Assembly (NCBI GenBank): GCA_964016885.1
Contig: OZ024756.1
Location: 23,746,001-23,810,000, forward strand
DNA from: Eledone cirrhosa
Lineage: Eukaryota
Length of the DNA stretch: 64,000 nucleotides
Direction: 5' to 3'
The position numbers and the translations under genes were made by a program. Below, piece after piece: positions 16,734-57,800 of this stretch (positions are counted from its first letter, which is position 1; every line of letters starts with the position of its first letter). The notes below the pieces were generated by a model. The model searched no databases and was not told the origin of the DNA. It worked only from the letters and a program-made list of their open reading frames with translations.

Positions 16734-18498
16734 TTTTCCTCCTACGCCAAGCGATAAACTAATATATTTCTCCATTATAGTGTAGTCCTCGTCTGCAAGT
16801 ACAATTACATACCCTGCCCCACCCGTTCCTCAGCTAATAGTGTTCCTACACTGGCCAAACCACCACTGCTAGCCCCCCCCCCCCCCCCCCCCAAATTGGG
16901 TACCTACGTTCCTTTCCTTTAATGTACCACAGTTCGAATCTGTTCATCCCTGCACTTGCACCCCCACAATCTCACCATATTTACCTTTCTTTGTTGCAAC
17001 GTTTATAGTGGTATTTCTGAAAATTCCGTATCTGATAAGCTTGATAAGAAAATGGTTGGATGGATGTATGTACAGTATTTCTCTTTTCCTGGGTCTGAGG
17101 AATAAAGGATCTGTGCTGCCACTTGATGATAATCGGGGGAGCAGGTGACATACGTTAAAACCAACCACCAACCCCCACCATATATTCTGTTAAACCAGAG
17201 TTTAAGAATATCATTGATTTTTTTTTTTTTTATGTACTCAAGACATTTTGAAATATTGTAATTGTGATGTCAATTCATCACAACAAACCCAGTCCACCTC
17301 ATACCACCCACCCACGCCCAGCCTCATTCTCACAATTTTTCCCTATAAAAAGCCAGCAGGCTAGAATAGTAGATCAGGAGATTGGATCAGGATTGAGAAG
17401 GAGCAAGATTAAAAACAGGATCAAATTAGAACTCTAGGTGAGGACAGAATAGGATAGAATAGCATAGAACGAGGATCAGGGTCAGAGATTCGGATCTCGG
17501 TCAGTATCAGAGAACAAGATGAGGGTCAGAGAAGAGGATGAGGATAAGGGAGCATCTATACATATACGTATGAATGTATAGATGTATACATCGATACAAG
17601 AATAGATGTATGTATGTATGTATAGATGTAGGCAAATGCAGACACCCTGGCAGTTGAGAAATTTCCCCAAGTTCCTACCAAACTTCCCTCTAAGGTGGTT
17701 ATGCTGGTGATATATCAAAAAGCACCCAGTTCACAGTGTAACATGGTTTGTGTTAGGAAGGGCTGCCAGCTGAAGAAACCAAGCCATAATACAGATCCTT
17801 ATGAGTATGATGTGGTCTCCAGACCTGTCTTGTTACATAACCTGACAACCCATCTCACCCATGCAAGCATGGAAAATGGATGTTAAATGATGATGATGAT
17901 GGTGATTATTTCCAAAATTATTTGAAAACTATTTCCAGCACACACTGTAAAGTGGTCGTGTAGGTGTTAAGACAAAAAGCACCCAGCACACAGCACACAC
18001 TGTAAAGTAGTTGTGAAGGAGTCACAACAAAAAGTACCCAGCACACACTGTGGTTGGCGTTAGGAGGGGCATGCAGCCATAGAAATCTAGTCAGAAACAG
18101 TCCTATATGAGCAAGACATGGTCACCTGACCCAACTTGCCTCTAATGGGACAACTTAACCCATGCTAGCGTGGAAAATGGACGTTAAATGACAATGTGAT
18201 GATATAGGCAATATGTTTCATTAGAAATATGGTGACAAAAGGATTAACCCTTTAGCATTTAACCCGGCTTTATCCGTCCAGAATTCTCTCACCTCTTTCT
18301 GTTAAAACCAGCCGTAACTGCCACTCATACTGATGTTACGGTATTGTTCTCAAAATCTCAGAGATTCGATAATATGCGAGGTAAACTTTTTACCACGAAA
18401 ATACAATAGCAAATATAGAGTAATGTAAATGCCGAAGAGTTAAACTACATTTAGACATAACAATATGAAAACGAATGTGGGTTTTTTTTTTATCATTG

Positions 18499-18504
18499 TT
18501 TATT
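18499..18504 (-). promoter_or_regulatory. Candidate polyadenylation signal (AATAAA) of RNMT
   Basis: AATAAA on the minus strand about 410 nt after the stop, following a U-rich 3'UTR. Confidence 0.45.
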
Positions 18505-18911
18505 TTGAATTCTTTTCTTGTCAGAATATGAAAACAATCAAAATGAGTGATGTCAACCATCTCTCTTAGCCAATCAACTTATTCACAGTCTCAAACACAC
18601 ACACATATACACACACCTGTACATACACGCACATACATACCTATATGTGTTAGAAGAAAAAAAAATGAAATAAAAATTAAAAAATAGAAGAAAAAAAACA
18701 GGATGTTAAGAACTAATGATTGAAAAAGAAAATAGAGGAAAAAAAAAGAAAAAGAAAATGAGTAACCCCCTTCCTAAGTCTAGGTGGCTGTTTCTGTGAT
18801 AATAGTTAAGAATTTTCAAAGTAGAGAGCAGAGGAAGACGAGGCTCTCAAGCCTCGTCATCTCAACTGACTGAATGATGGCAGTAAAAAAAGGGTTTCAT
18901 GGCTCAAGCCT

Positions 18912-46189
<27,278 letters not shown>

Positions 46190-46380
46190 GCTTTGTATTG
46201 AGCGCTAGGATAATGGGCCGTAAATGAATTCTTTACACTGTCGTAATAAGCCAGCCCCGCGTTACCGGTTGTAATCTTTAACACACCAAACGCTACCGTA
46301 AACATGAAATGTCGTTCTTCACAAAACCCTATCTTCGTTGTCTTTTGTCTCTCCCACTAATAAATTCCAGGCAAGCACTC
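46190..46380. promoter_or_regulatory. CpG-enriched unique segment upstream of the RNMT ATG; candidate promoter/5'UTR
   Basis: Non-repetitive and locally CpG-rich (gggccg, ccagccccgcgttaccgg) in an otherwise AT-rich background. Confidence 0.45.
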
Positions 46381-46913
46381 CTTATAATTAAAATGTTACA
46401 AAAAATCATTAAAACCCTTTATATTAAATTGGAGAAACCGAACAAAAAAAAATAATAATAAAGATATATATATAAATCTTAATTCGAAATTGGACCTTTT
46501 TTTAGTTGTATTATTTGATTATAAATATATGAGTAGATTTATGTTTTACGTCTTAATTTGAGGTTTAGTCACGAATTGCAGCAAATATGTAAATATAAAA
46601 CATTCATTTCACTTGAAAGAATGGAAATTGATGAGTAAAAAGACTTGCCTTGGGAGTTTCAGCCTTTAAAATTTGAACTCCCAAAAGGGACAACTGTGAG
46701 AATTAAGGAAGCCCCTAAACAATGTGAAATGCAGCTCTGCACCTTTGGGCCAATATATGTTGCATAGAAAAATTTCATGTTAAAACATGTAGATTGTGTG
46801 TGCGTATATCTATATATATATGTGTGTGTGAGTCCCAGGTTCAATCGGGGGTAACCACAGTAAGGCACTCAATAGATTAGTAGAGTATATACAAAATTTT
46901 ATATAAAAATGGC

Positions 46914-47010
46914 ATTTACAGGACTAGAACTGTTTCATTCGAAGGAAGTCACCAGGAAAACCTTTTCCTGATGATTTCCTTTAAATAAAACAGTTCTAGT
47001 CATGTAGAAG
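46914..47010. mobile_element. Foldback of two hammerhead-like copies on opposite strands
   Basis: Inverted arms 46914-46960 / 46963-47010, each homologous to 44974-45020; flanked by TA-rich/(TA)n sequence. Confidence 0.6.
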
Positions 47011-47156
47011 CTATTTATTTATATATATATATATATTATATATGTGTGTGTGTGTATATATATATATATGTATATATATATTGTTATACTTGGGGAGGGT
47101 CATATTTGTGTAATATTGCCAGAATTAATAACATATATATATATAACAGAATTAAT

Positions 47157-47221
<65 letters not shown>

Positions 47222-47498
47222 GTGTGTGTCTGTGTGTGTGTACATTAGAAAGAGTTGGGACTGGATGGTTGAGCTCTTGCCATTTTGACAGCTAGTTCTG
47301 TTGAATAATGGTCTACCTGAGCACTGTACATGTACACAATAATTTCATTATTATTATTATTATGTATGTATTTATATATTTATATTCAGCTAGATATATT
47401 ACATACACATGCATATATTTCTGTTCTCTGTTTGTACAAATATATATATATATGATATACATTTGTGTAAATAGTGAACTTTTGATACACTGTGTGTG

Positions 47499-47585
<87 letters not shown>

Positions 47586-47764
47586 GTAGGAGGTGAGTTT
47601 CATTGTAGTACAATAAAGCAAGGCGTGTATCGGATAAGTAGCACTCGGCAGTTTGTAGGACTGGAGTATAAATAATATAAGATCAAAAGATGGTTAAAAG
47701 AATTTCATGTATTTGAAATGCGCATAATAAAATACATGGAACTCTTTTAACCATCTTTTGATCT

Positions 47765-47800
<36 letters not shown>

Positions 47801-47999
47801 CAAATTCAGATGATATAGTGTAGTTCTTATAGTGTAGTTCTTCACTATGGTATATATAAACATTAAATGTTTTAAGTACACTTATCTATCATCTGAATTT
47901 GTTATATATATATATATATATATGTATACACACATATGTATATAGAGAGAGAGTGTGTCTGTATATGTATAATCATGTGTGCATGTATATATGTGTATA

Positions 48000-48050
<51 letters not shown>

Positions 48051-48369
48051 CCACTACTGGAATTGAATAATCAAAATGTCGCATATCCAATCTCTCATAT
48101 ATTTTATCTGATGAAAATGTACTTAAACACCATTGTACCTTTGAAATATGTATAATAAAATATATATTTTGGTTATGAGAATATTTTTCATTTATTAACA
48201 TTTTGAATAATATATATATATATAGTTTATTGGTGTGTAAATTTACGTTACAATTGGTTGACTAGTTCGAGCACTGAATACATAAGTGGATCCGGTTTCC
48301 TATATGGTATTGTGCATTTGGTCAGTATCCTTCATAAGCAGTGTGTTAATAATAATTATTCTCTCTCTC

Positions 48370-48446
<77 letters not shown>

Positions 48447-48765
48447 CAGGAAAGTAGAGAATTGCATATGAAAGTATATATTTGCCACATCTTTTCAGAG
48501 TTAGCTCAATGTGTTTATATATTACATTGGTTTGAAGATAAAGATGCTTTTTTAAGGAGAAAGATTTGGAAATGCAGACATAAAAACAAAACAAATATAA
48601 TCAAGTATATACAAGGAAAAATTAGCTTTTAAATCCTTTTTTAATTCCTTACACATGTTTCAAGTGAGTTGTACATCTAATTATTATTGAATATACAACT
48701 CTATTGAAACATGTATAAGGAATTAAACATGATTTAAAAGCTAATTTTTTCCATCTATACACATG

Positions 48766-48801
<36 letters not shown>

Positions 48802-48849
48802 TAACCGTCGAAACAGCTTCAGCTGTGCCGTCAGGGTCATACTTGTTCC

Positions 48850-48880
<31 letters not shown>

Positions 48881-48885
48881 GTATG

Positions 48886-48917
<32 letters not shown>

Positions 48918-48921
48918 CTGT

Positions 48922-48967
<46 letters not shown>

Positions 48968-48970
48968 ATA

Positions 48971-49009
<39 letters not shown>

Positions 49010-49088
49010 ATGTATATATATATATGTTTGTATGTATATATATACATACATACATATATATATATATGTGTATATATATATATGTATG

Positions 49089-49126
<38 letters not shown>

Positions 49127-49129
49127 TAT

Positions 49130-49180
<51 letters not shown>

Positions 49181-49192
49181 TTATATATATAC

Positions 49193-49245
<53 letters not shown>

Positions 49246-49257
49246 TACATGTATGGT

Positions 49258-49632
49258 GAAGGCACATGGCTTAGTGGTTAGACCATTTGGCTTGCAATCG
49301 AAAGGTTGTGAGTTCAATTCTCGGACCGGGTGATGTATTGTTTCCTTGAGCAAGACACTTTATTTCACATTGCTCCAGTTTACTCAGCTGTAGAAATGAG
49401 ATGATAGGACTGTGGTCCCTATCATTCCACTGCAAAGTGGTCGTGGAGGTGCGACGGAAAAAAAACACCCAATGAGGTTGGTGTTAGGAAGGGCATCCAG
49501 CTGTAGAAATCAAGCCAGAATCAGTTCTCATATGAGCAAGACAAGGTCAGCCGACTGGACACTGCCCACAACAGGACAACCCGTCTAACCCATGCTAGCG
49601 TGGAAGAACGGACGTAAAAGGGTGACGATGAT
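49258..49632 (+). mobile_element. SINE copy (family of 24458-24798)
   Basis: Same head and core, longer tail. Confidence 0.8.
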
Positions 49633-49645
49633 ATGTATATATATA

Positions 49646-50232
49646 CAAGGTGCGGACGATATTTGTTCGCAATTTTCAACTGCTAATTTTATGCAAATTT
49701 TTTTACTTCCGTCGTCAATCTTGTCTTCATAAAAACAGTGACTATATTTCCATTATTTATTTTCAGAATAATTGATTATGAATAATTTTGAACCTCCAAA
49801 TTTATGGAAGAGACACAGAGTTCTTCTTGGAATCCACGCCGGGAGGACAAATAAGACCAGAAGATCAACTCCCAGAATAACAGGTGGCTCGCTGTCTCAT
49901 CCAAAGACGTGCCCAGCAGCATGCAGTCAAAGTTTCCAGCGACAACATTGGTCTTAGGTGTCATCAGCAGTCAAGGTGACGTCATGCCACCTCACTTCTT
50001 TCCTGAGGGCCTCAAGCTGAACACCGTTGGCTACATCCATGTTCTGAGCGAGGTAGCAAAGCCCTGGATCAACCAAGTAGCTGCAGGTAGGCCGTACATG
50101 TGGCAGCAAGACTCAGCGCCCTGCCATACCAGCCAAAAGACCCAAGCCTGGCTGTCAGAGAACTTCGTTGACCAGACTTCACTTGACATCTGGCCTCCCA
50201 GCTCGCCTGACTGCAAGCTCCTCGACTTCTTT
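49646..50232 (+). mobile_element. Tc1/mariner superfamily, maT (DD37D) transposase remnant
   Basis: WQQDSAPCH...WPPSSPDCKLLD with exactly 37 residues between the 2nd and 3rd catalytic Asp; probable left end TA|CAAGGTG at ~49646; internally deleted. Confidence 0.85.
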
Positions 50233-51389
50233 TTCATAAGTCACAAACATTCTCACAGCACTTATATGGGAGAGAGCAATTCACAGAATCACCCATCAAG
50301 CCAACAAAATTACTACTACAATATTTGCTACACCAAAGTGGACAGTAATACCAAACCCAAACTAATTCTTCACACGCTACATCTAAAATATATTACTACC
50401 ACTAAACTAGTACTGGAGTCAATTCTCCCTCTATATCTCTTTCTTACTTCCATTTTTTCACTCTCTATCCTTCTCTGGAAGAAATCTGCTGTCTTCAGAC
50501 CTGGGAAGGTGAAGGACTCCACCAGGTTTAGAAATGCTGTATGTCAATACGGTACCTCTACGGGATTAAAGAAACAAAGATCCTTTTATTTCTCTTTGCT
50601 AGTAGCACATACAACTCTGCTTGCGTCAGTTTGTCTGACTGACAAAATAAGTCCCATTTCTACTTCATAGTTGAAGGATTTTGTGCTTCGTTTTTTTTTT
50701 GTTTTTATTTTTTTCAGGTTTGCCCTTCGAATCTCATTGGGGAGATCAAACAATCCTAAAAAACTTTTTAAAGAGTTTCCCTTTTTAATAACCTCCTTAC
50801 CTCTCTGTAAAGCAATAACCTCATATGTCCTCCATTTTATTATCAACACAAAATTGCTAAATCCTCTTGATATTAAAGTCTAAAGTCTGTCTTGAGCTTT
50901 GAGGCTAATCAGGCCAGTGCTTATCTGTTTCCATGGTATTAAGTGACTGAGAGTACAAGATGTCCCACTGAACAAGATGCCAGTCCATTGCAGGGTTAAC
51001 CCCCCAGCTATTGCTGTTGGTACTCATTTTCAGCTTAGTATACAGGAACAGCATGAAATGAAGTGTTTTGCCCAAGAAAACAACACACAACCTAGTCCAG
51101 GTATTGAACCCATGACATTATGATCATAAGTCGAACACCCTTATCAACTAGCCCTAAATCACACCAAGTTCTATGAAGCAAAACAACACCTGTTAAAAGG
51201 TTCCTATTTAAATTAAAACCATCATTGCTTTTTAATGACAACTTTTCTATGCTGGAATGGTTTGGCCAGGACATTTTGGGGCAATGTTTTACAGATGGAT
51301 GCCCTTTCTGAGACCAGTTGTTTTAGTTGTTTCTTATGACATTCAGGATTACAGTGTACCTATCCTAAATTAAATACAGATGATCTTCT

Positions 51390-51830
51390 TTTTGACTCAC
51401 TTATTCCTGGGAGGACCACGGGGGAGGTTTTCCTCAAACACTTCTTCCAGCGGGTCCTGTCAGAAGCAACCATCTCCAATTGATCCAGCCGAGCTCATGG
51501 ATGTTATCCTACTATTTTGCTTGGGGTCTACCCCTGGGTCTATGTTAGATGGTTTTGCCCATAAAATCTGTCCAGCAATTCTTTCCTGAGACATTCTAAC
51601 CACATGCCCATAATAGCGGAGCTATGATCTCTCAATAACGAGAAGTTGCAGTTCTACTTGGAGCGACTCTGACCTCTGAGCTATGCACTCTATCAAACAA
51701 AGTTACTCCAAACCCCATTTTGGCCGCTTGTATTTGCAATTGTATTCTTTCAGTCATTACCCAAGATTCATGACCATAGGTTAGGGTTGGCACAAATACC
51801 AAATTGAAGATACACACACCTTTCCAACAT
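51390..51830 (-). mobile_element. RTE (Expander-like) LINE fragment
   Basis: FVPTLTYGHESWVMTERIQLQIQAAKMGF motif. Confidence 0.8.
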
Positions 51831-51899
51831 AAACCTTTTGTTAAATTATATTACAGATACTATTTTAATAATGAAATAGATATTTTATATCTCAGGAAA

Positions 51900-52110
51900 G
51901 AATCGCTGGACAGAATTTACGGGCAAAACCAACTGGTAGAAGCCCCAAGATTAGACCCATAGCACAATGGTTGGATAACATCCATGAGCTCGACTAGTCT
52001 TGCTTAGGGATCCAGTTGGATAAGTTGGAGACAGTTGCTTTTGGCAGGACCTGCTAGAAGGCATGCTTGAGGACTCTGCCCCTACAATCCTCCCAGGAAT
52101 AACTAGGTGA
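51900..52110 (+). mobile_element. RTE (Expander-like) LINE 3' fragment, inverted relative to 51390-51830
   Basis: Homologous to 12960-13205. Confidence 0.65.
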
Positions 52111-54079
52111 AGAAAAAGAAGAAAGAAATATTTAAGCAAATCTCTCCAAATTCCTAATTAATTAATTCAAATAGTGAATTTCATTAGAAATGTGTTTAGA
52201 AAGGTTAGATAGACAGTCATGTTTGACATTAACTTTTGTAGGATCAGATTTTCTCATTGGTTAACCCCGAATTTACAACGAACAATTGCAGCCTTATTTG
52301 GTTCTTGGGTATTTAGTGCCCTAGGCTAGATCTACAATAAGCCTCCATCACCACTACCTCAAATGTTCCACCAAGTGATAGACAGGCACTTCTTTTTGGT
52401 ATGGTATGGTCTCCTAACTCTCGATGGAGTCGTAAGGGAGGGGGACACAGTGGCATAGGGCGTTTCTTAGGAATTTTAAGCTTGGCGGAGTCCATCCCTC
52501 TCCAGGTCTGAATACAGCAGATTTCTTCCAGAGAAGGATAGAAAGTGAGGGAAAGGAAGTGAGAAAGACGTACTTTTTATCGACCCCGAAAGGATGAAAG
52601 ACACAGTTGACCTCGGTAGGATTTGAACTCAGAAAGCAGAGAGCCGAAATGAATACCGCAAAACATTCTATCCGTCGTTCTATTGACCAATTCACCACCT
52701 CCACTTTATACGTATAATAATTGTTTCTACTTTAGGTACAAGGCCAGCAATTATCCAGTACATTACTGGTTCTTTATTTTATCGACCCCGTAAGGATGAA
52801 AGGCAAAGATAACCTCGGCGGGATTTGAACTCAGATATAATAGTTGAGGGTAGAGAGAGTTGTTTTCAACCACATAAATACGTTTTTATAGGCATATTAT
52901 ATAATCCCGGCATGGGTCTAGAAACCAAGTATACCGGAAAATCCGGTTTATAAACCTTGTCCCATTTCCTCCCGCCTGACAGCAATTATTGATAATAATT
53001 AGTCAATTTTATTTTAAAATCATATAAAAATACATAAGATTAAATAGAAGTACATACATATAATCAATTAATTATTACTAAGAACCTTATAAATATAATA
53101 TACAATCATTGATATAAAATAATAATCATAGAATTTGTTTAAGCTTGCAGGGAAAATATCCGGTCTTACATCAAGATAAGCAGTTACTACATATTTTCTA
53201 TTAAATCGTGTAACTAATTTCATAATACACTTGAATAATAAATGTGTAGTTATTCTTTAGTATTGGTCGTTATATTTAATCGTTTCAGACAAATTTGAAA
53301 GAACGTTGAAACCATATGGGACTTAACTCACCATTTTAATATCAAATAGTTACGTTCCTTCTTTACAAATTAAAAATGATTTTTTTAAAGATAAGAATCC
53401 ACAACTATAGACTCTAATAACCTTTCGGTAATATTTCATTCACCCTAAAACTTTACTTTCAATCTCAGATTTCAAGAAGTTGAGGAATGTGAAGGTGATC
53501 AAATCCCGCCGGGGTCAACTTTGGCATACGCCCTTTCGAGGTCGATGAAAAAAATTCGTTTAGTATTGGGGTCAATCCTTTCTCTATATCTTTTTCTCTT
53601 TCTACGGAAGAAATGGGCTGTATCTTGCATGCTTTAATTTCAACTCTTTTTATTAATAACTGCATTGTTTCTTTCTGGGGACTATGTTGAAAAATAAACC
53701 TCATTTGGTCATTTCATGAGAGTATCTTGGTCAGCCTATTAACTTTTCAACCGATTCTCATATATATATATATATATAATTGTTTCTACTTTAGGCACAA
53801 GGCCAACAATTAACCAGTGCATTACTGGTACTTTATTTTATCGACCCATAAATATTTATATATAATATTTTCACAAGATCCCGTAAAGGGTGAAAGCACT
53901 GATTCTTTGCTTTAAACTTTAATCTGTACTTATAAATAAATATAGTTATTCCTGACATGACCATACCTCCTTGTTTCAGGCGTCGTCTAATTCTGATTAC
54001 ATTATCTAAATGTATCTCGTTTTATTGGTATTATTATTACTATATTTATTCTAAGGGAAATTTTGGCTGCTATTTCTAG

Positions 54080-54170
54080 CCACACAGGAACTGTCTCTTC
54101 ACTCTACCCCCACCGCCGCACGTGTTACAGAAGTTATAATATATTGCAACTTCCGTCTGAATGGTATGGA
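54080..54170. promoter_or_regulatory. Candidate FAM210A promoter (GC box, E-box, ETS site)
   Basis: ccccaccgccg, CACGTG and CTTCCG clustered about 280-320 nt upstream of the ATG at 54434. Confidence 0.35.
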
Positions 54171-54433
54171 AACCAATTGAAAATCTCGCACATACACGTA
54201 TTATTTTGGGTTTAATTCTGCAGTCAAGATGGACAGCAACTAGTTTTATGTATTTATTACCAAATGTTTCTTTTAAAAATAAATAAATAACAGAATTTAT
54301 CGCAGATGTCTGCCTGAAAATATTCAAAGACACAAAACAAAATCCCTCAAAGAGAGAAATATACGTGCAAGTATTAAAAACAGAAGCAAGTTGAGGCAAA
54401 GTAAATAAAAAGAAAAAGACCAGTGTCGAAACT

Positions 54434-54593
54434 ATGATGTACCCGAGGATAACACACGGTTTAAACATTTTTCATCGAATTAAACAGGTGAATTTCCATA
54501 AGACTGTCCAGGTGTGTGTACGTTGTAATGTAAGAAGTCATCTTATAGAAGAAAGACCTTTTTTTTCGTGGTCCGGTGTAAAGGTGTCTCAAG
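54434..54593 (+). CDS. FAM210A: FAM210A first coding exon (targeting-peptide-like)
   Basis: MMYPRITHGLNIFHRIKQVNFHKTVQVCVRC...; CAA G|gtaagg is phase 1 and matches cttttcag|AC at 57899. Confidence 0.75.
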
Positions 54594-54815
54594 GTAAGGA
54601 ACCTAACTTTTGGGGGGCGTTTTACCTCTAATAATGTTTGATGACCCTTTCTCAATACTATCGTTTATTTTTTTTTTATATAACATTGATCATCATCATA
54701 ATTATATATACATATATGCCTATTCTCTACCGTGGTTACACCCCGACGCAATATATATATATACACATTGCATCACTGGAATAACGAGTTCTACACATCG
54801 GTAAACAACATAAAT

Positions 54816-54880
<65 letters not shown>

Positions 54881-57800
54881 GGAGAAATTCTACAGACCTA
54901 GAACTGTTTTATTCTTATGTAATGATTTCATACGAATGAAACAGCTTTAGTCCTGTAGAAATCTGTATATAATAAAGATGCCTATACTCTACCAACGATT
55001 TACCTTTTTTGACTTTGTTAACGCCAGACAAAACTCGGGAATCACTCGACAAGATCCCAGACCTCATTCGCTTATCGAGTGAGGATGGAACTCGTCAAAT
55101 CGGACCAAAGAAACAATGTTTCCATCGGTCTTTCCATTGCTGATACTGATACCGGTCGCAACATACATGGTATTAGTTGAACATTCTAGAAACCAGCAAA
55201 TTTCGGAAATGGAATATATAAATTACTTCTATGTTTACATATCGTGGGTAATACGAAATCACAAATAACTATATATATAGCAAAGGTAAAAATATAACTG
55301 TTTGCATGATGATATCTATTTATTGACCACGAAAGGGTGAAAACCAAAGTTGACCTCGGCAGGTCACACACACACACACATATAACTATATCTGCATTCT
55401 CTCGTTTATCTGTGATGTGTGTACATACACACTTTATCATCATCATTTAACCTCCGCTTTCCCTTCTCGAAAGGGTTGGACTGGTCTACATAGACCAAGT
55501 TAGTACTGAAGCGGGACTACTGACCTCTAAGAGAGGCCGAGGGGTAAACAATTGTGATGATTTTATAGGTAACTTGTCAATCAAGTCCTCTTTGGCACTG
55601 ACATCGATTTAATCGAATGTTTCATCATCTAAAACTATTTTTCAAGTGACATATTTGCCATAATTGAAACTATTTTACAAGTGATATATTTGCCGACTCA
55701 TTTAACAATGCTAGTCGACATCCAGGGCTGTATTAAGTCCTTATGAAGACCTAAACACAAAAGATTATCGCGTGTCTGTGTGTCCCATATATAAAACATG
55801 CGAATGTTTTTTTTTCTTTTTCTTTTGAATGACATACTTTTAGTTTGAATAAAATGGTGTCCCTCTTTTGTTGATTCATTATGTAAGGACGTGTGTATTT
55901 TGCTTAGTGTGTGTGTGTGTGTGTACAGGATGTCCCAAAATATGTATTCACACTTCACCAGCACTAATAAATATTGCCTGTAAAGTTAATCAAAGTGTGT
56001 ATACATTTTTTAGGGATACTTTGTATATGTGTGTGCACACACAGATAAGCAAGAAAATGCAGATATAGTTTTATGGGTGTATGTGATCTGCCGAGGTCAA
56101 CTTTGTTTTTCATCCTTTCGTGGTCGATAAATCGATAGAGTACCAGTCCAGGGTGGATATCGCAGGACGTTCACCACCCTGCGATATCTGTTCCAGTTGT
56201 TTTAATTTCAAACTCTACCCCTAGTCCTGCCAAGAGTTGCAACTGACATCTAGCATAAGTAATGGAATGGAAAAACCAATGGAAACATACTTTCCTTAGT
56301 CATATCAGAGTATCATCTTTTTCCCCATATATATATATATATATATTTAATACAATAACAGAGATAGCTTAAAGCTAAACTCTGACTGGTAACTATCTCA
56401 CTCAACAAACATTAGGTTATATGTTAGTATAAATCCAATTTAAGTGTTTGGGGTGCTAACTATATGTATTATGTGGAAAGCCAGTTGTATTATTTTATGA
56501 GATATAATTAAAGTTAAAATTATATATATATATATATAGTATATGACAAACTGAATGAATTGGTGTTAAACCCACGAAACTTAATTATCTGCTTAATTCT
56601 GTCCCATGAACTGAGTTCTCTAAACACCTAGATAGTTATGCCAAGTTTGAACTACAATATATACACATACACACTATGTTGTTACAGCTAACTTCTATGT
56701 AAGTTTAACTGGCCTTCTTCAAGGTTGTATCTCGAATGGAGATTTCTTTTTCTGAATTGTTTTAATGATAGGGGCTCCAGTCCTATCATGAAAACACTCT
56801 GTCTGTGTGTGTGTATGTGTACCAAACTATAAGGGCCTCTAGAGAACTACAAGATAACACCCTAACATCATTGTTATATTTTTAACATTTACTGTCCAAT
56901 TCACATCATGGTAGCTTTCAAACAAAGCATTGTTTTTCATACTTTACACAATGTTTGAAGCAAACAACAACATCCTCTTATATATTTAGTGTAAACAAAG
57001 TTTCATACATTTAACATTGTGAATAGGCATCATATCTTGTCATTTACCTATGGTTTAAATTTCATATAAACTGAAGGGAAAACATTTTCAGCAGGGATTT
57101 TGTACCTCCGGGGAACCCTTTGATTAAAATGAAATATACTTATCCAAGTACCCTGGGCAATGTAGTTTCAGAATATATATAGTTATGGGGGTCTATCTCC
57201 AAAACCATAGGAGGAGTTCGTGAAATCTTGTTCCATTTATTAGCCAAAATTTTCACTATAGGGGGTTTAACCCTCATTAGGGTGTCTTAATATTATTGAA
57301 ATTTGCTGAAATTTTGTGAATAGGCATCATATCTTGTCATTTTTAACTATGGTTCAAATTTCATATAAAGGGTCATATAAAGAGTCATAGGGACACTGTA
57401 TAGACATACAGCATTTCTAGGGCATTTATTCTTTTTAAACCTAGCAGAACCCATCTCCTCACCATGTCTGAATACAGCAGATTTCTTCCAGAGAAGGATA
57501 GAGAAAGTGAGAGAATGAAAATGAAAAAGAGACAAAGGAAGAATCAACCCCAGTACTAGACTGGTATTTTTTTTATCGACTTTGAATGGATGAAAGGCAA
57601 AGTTGACCTTGGCAGGATTTGAACTCGGAGAGCAGAAATGAATGATGCAAAGCATTCTAATGACTCTGCTAATTCGCCACTTAATATGTATGTATAGATG
57701 TCAGGATTAAACTAGATGGACCATTATTCAACAGAGAACTCAATACTTGGGAGAGTAGAGTGTGACTATATTTGAAAACAAGTCGGGGTTCAACAGTTAG

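Noticed and set aside
50233-50670. C-terminal half of the 253-aa ORF 49909-50670
   Set aside because: Read-through from the transposase remnant into unrelated AT-rich and SINE sequence, not a real fusion protein.
54076-54468. 130-aa minus-strand ORF
   Set aside because: Antisense to the FAM210A 5' region, non-ATG start and no recognisable motif.
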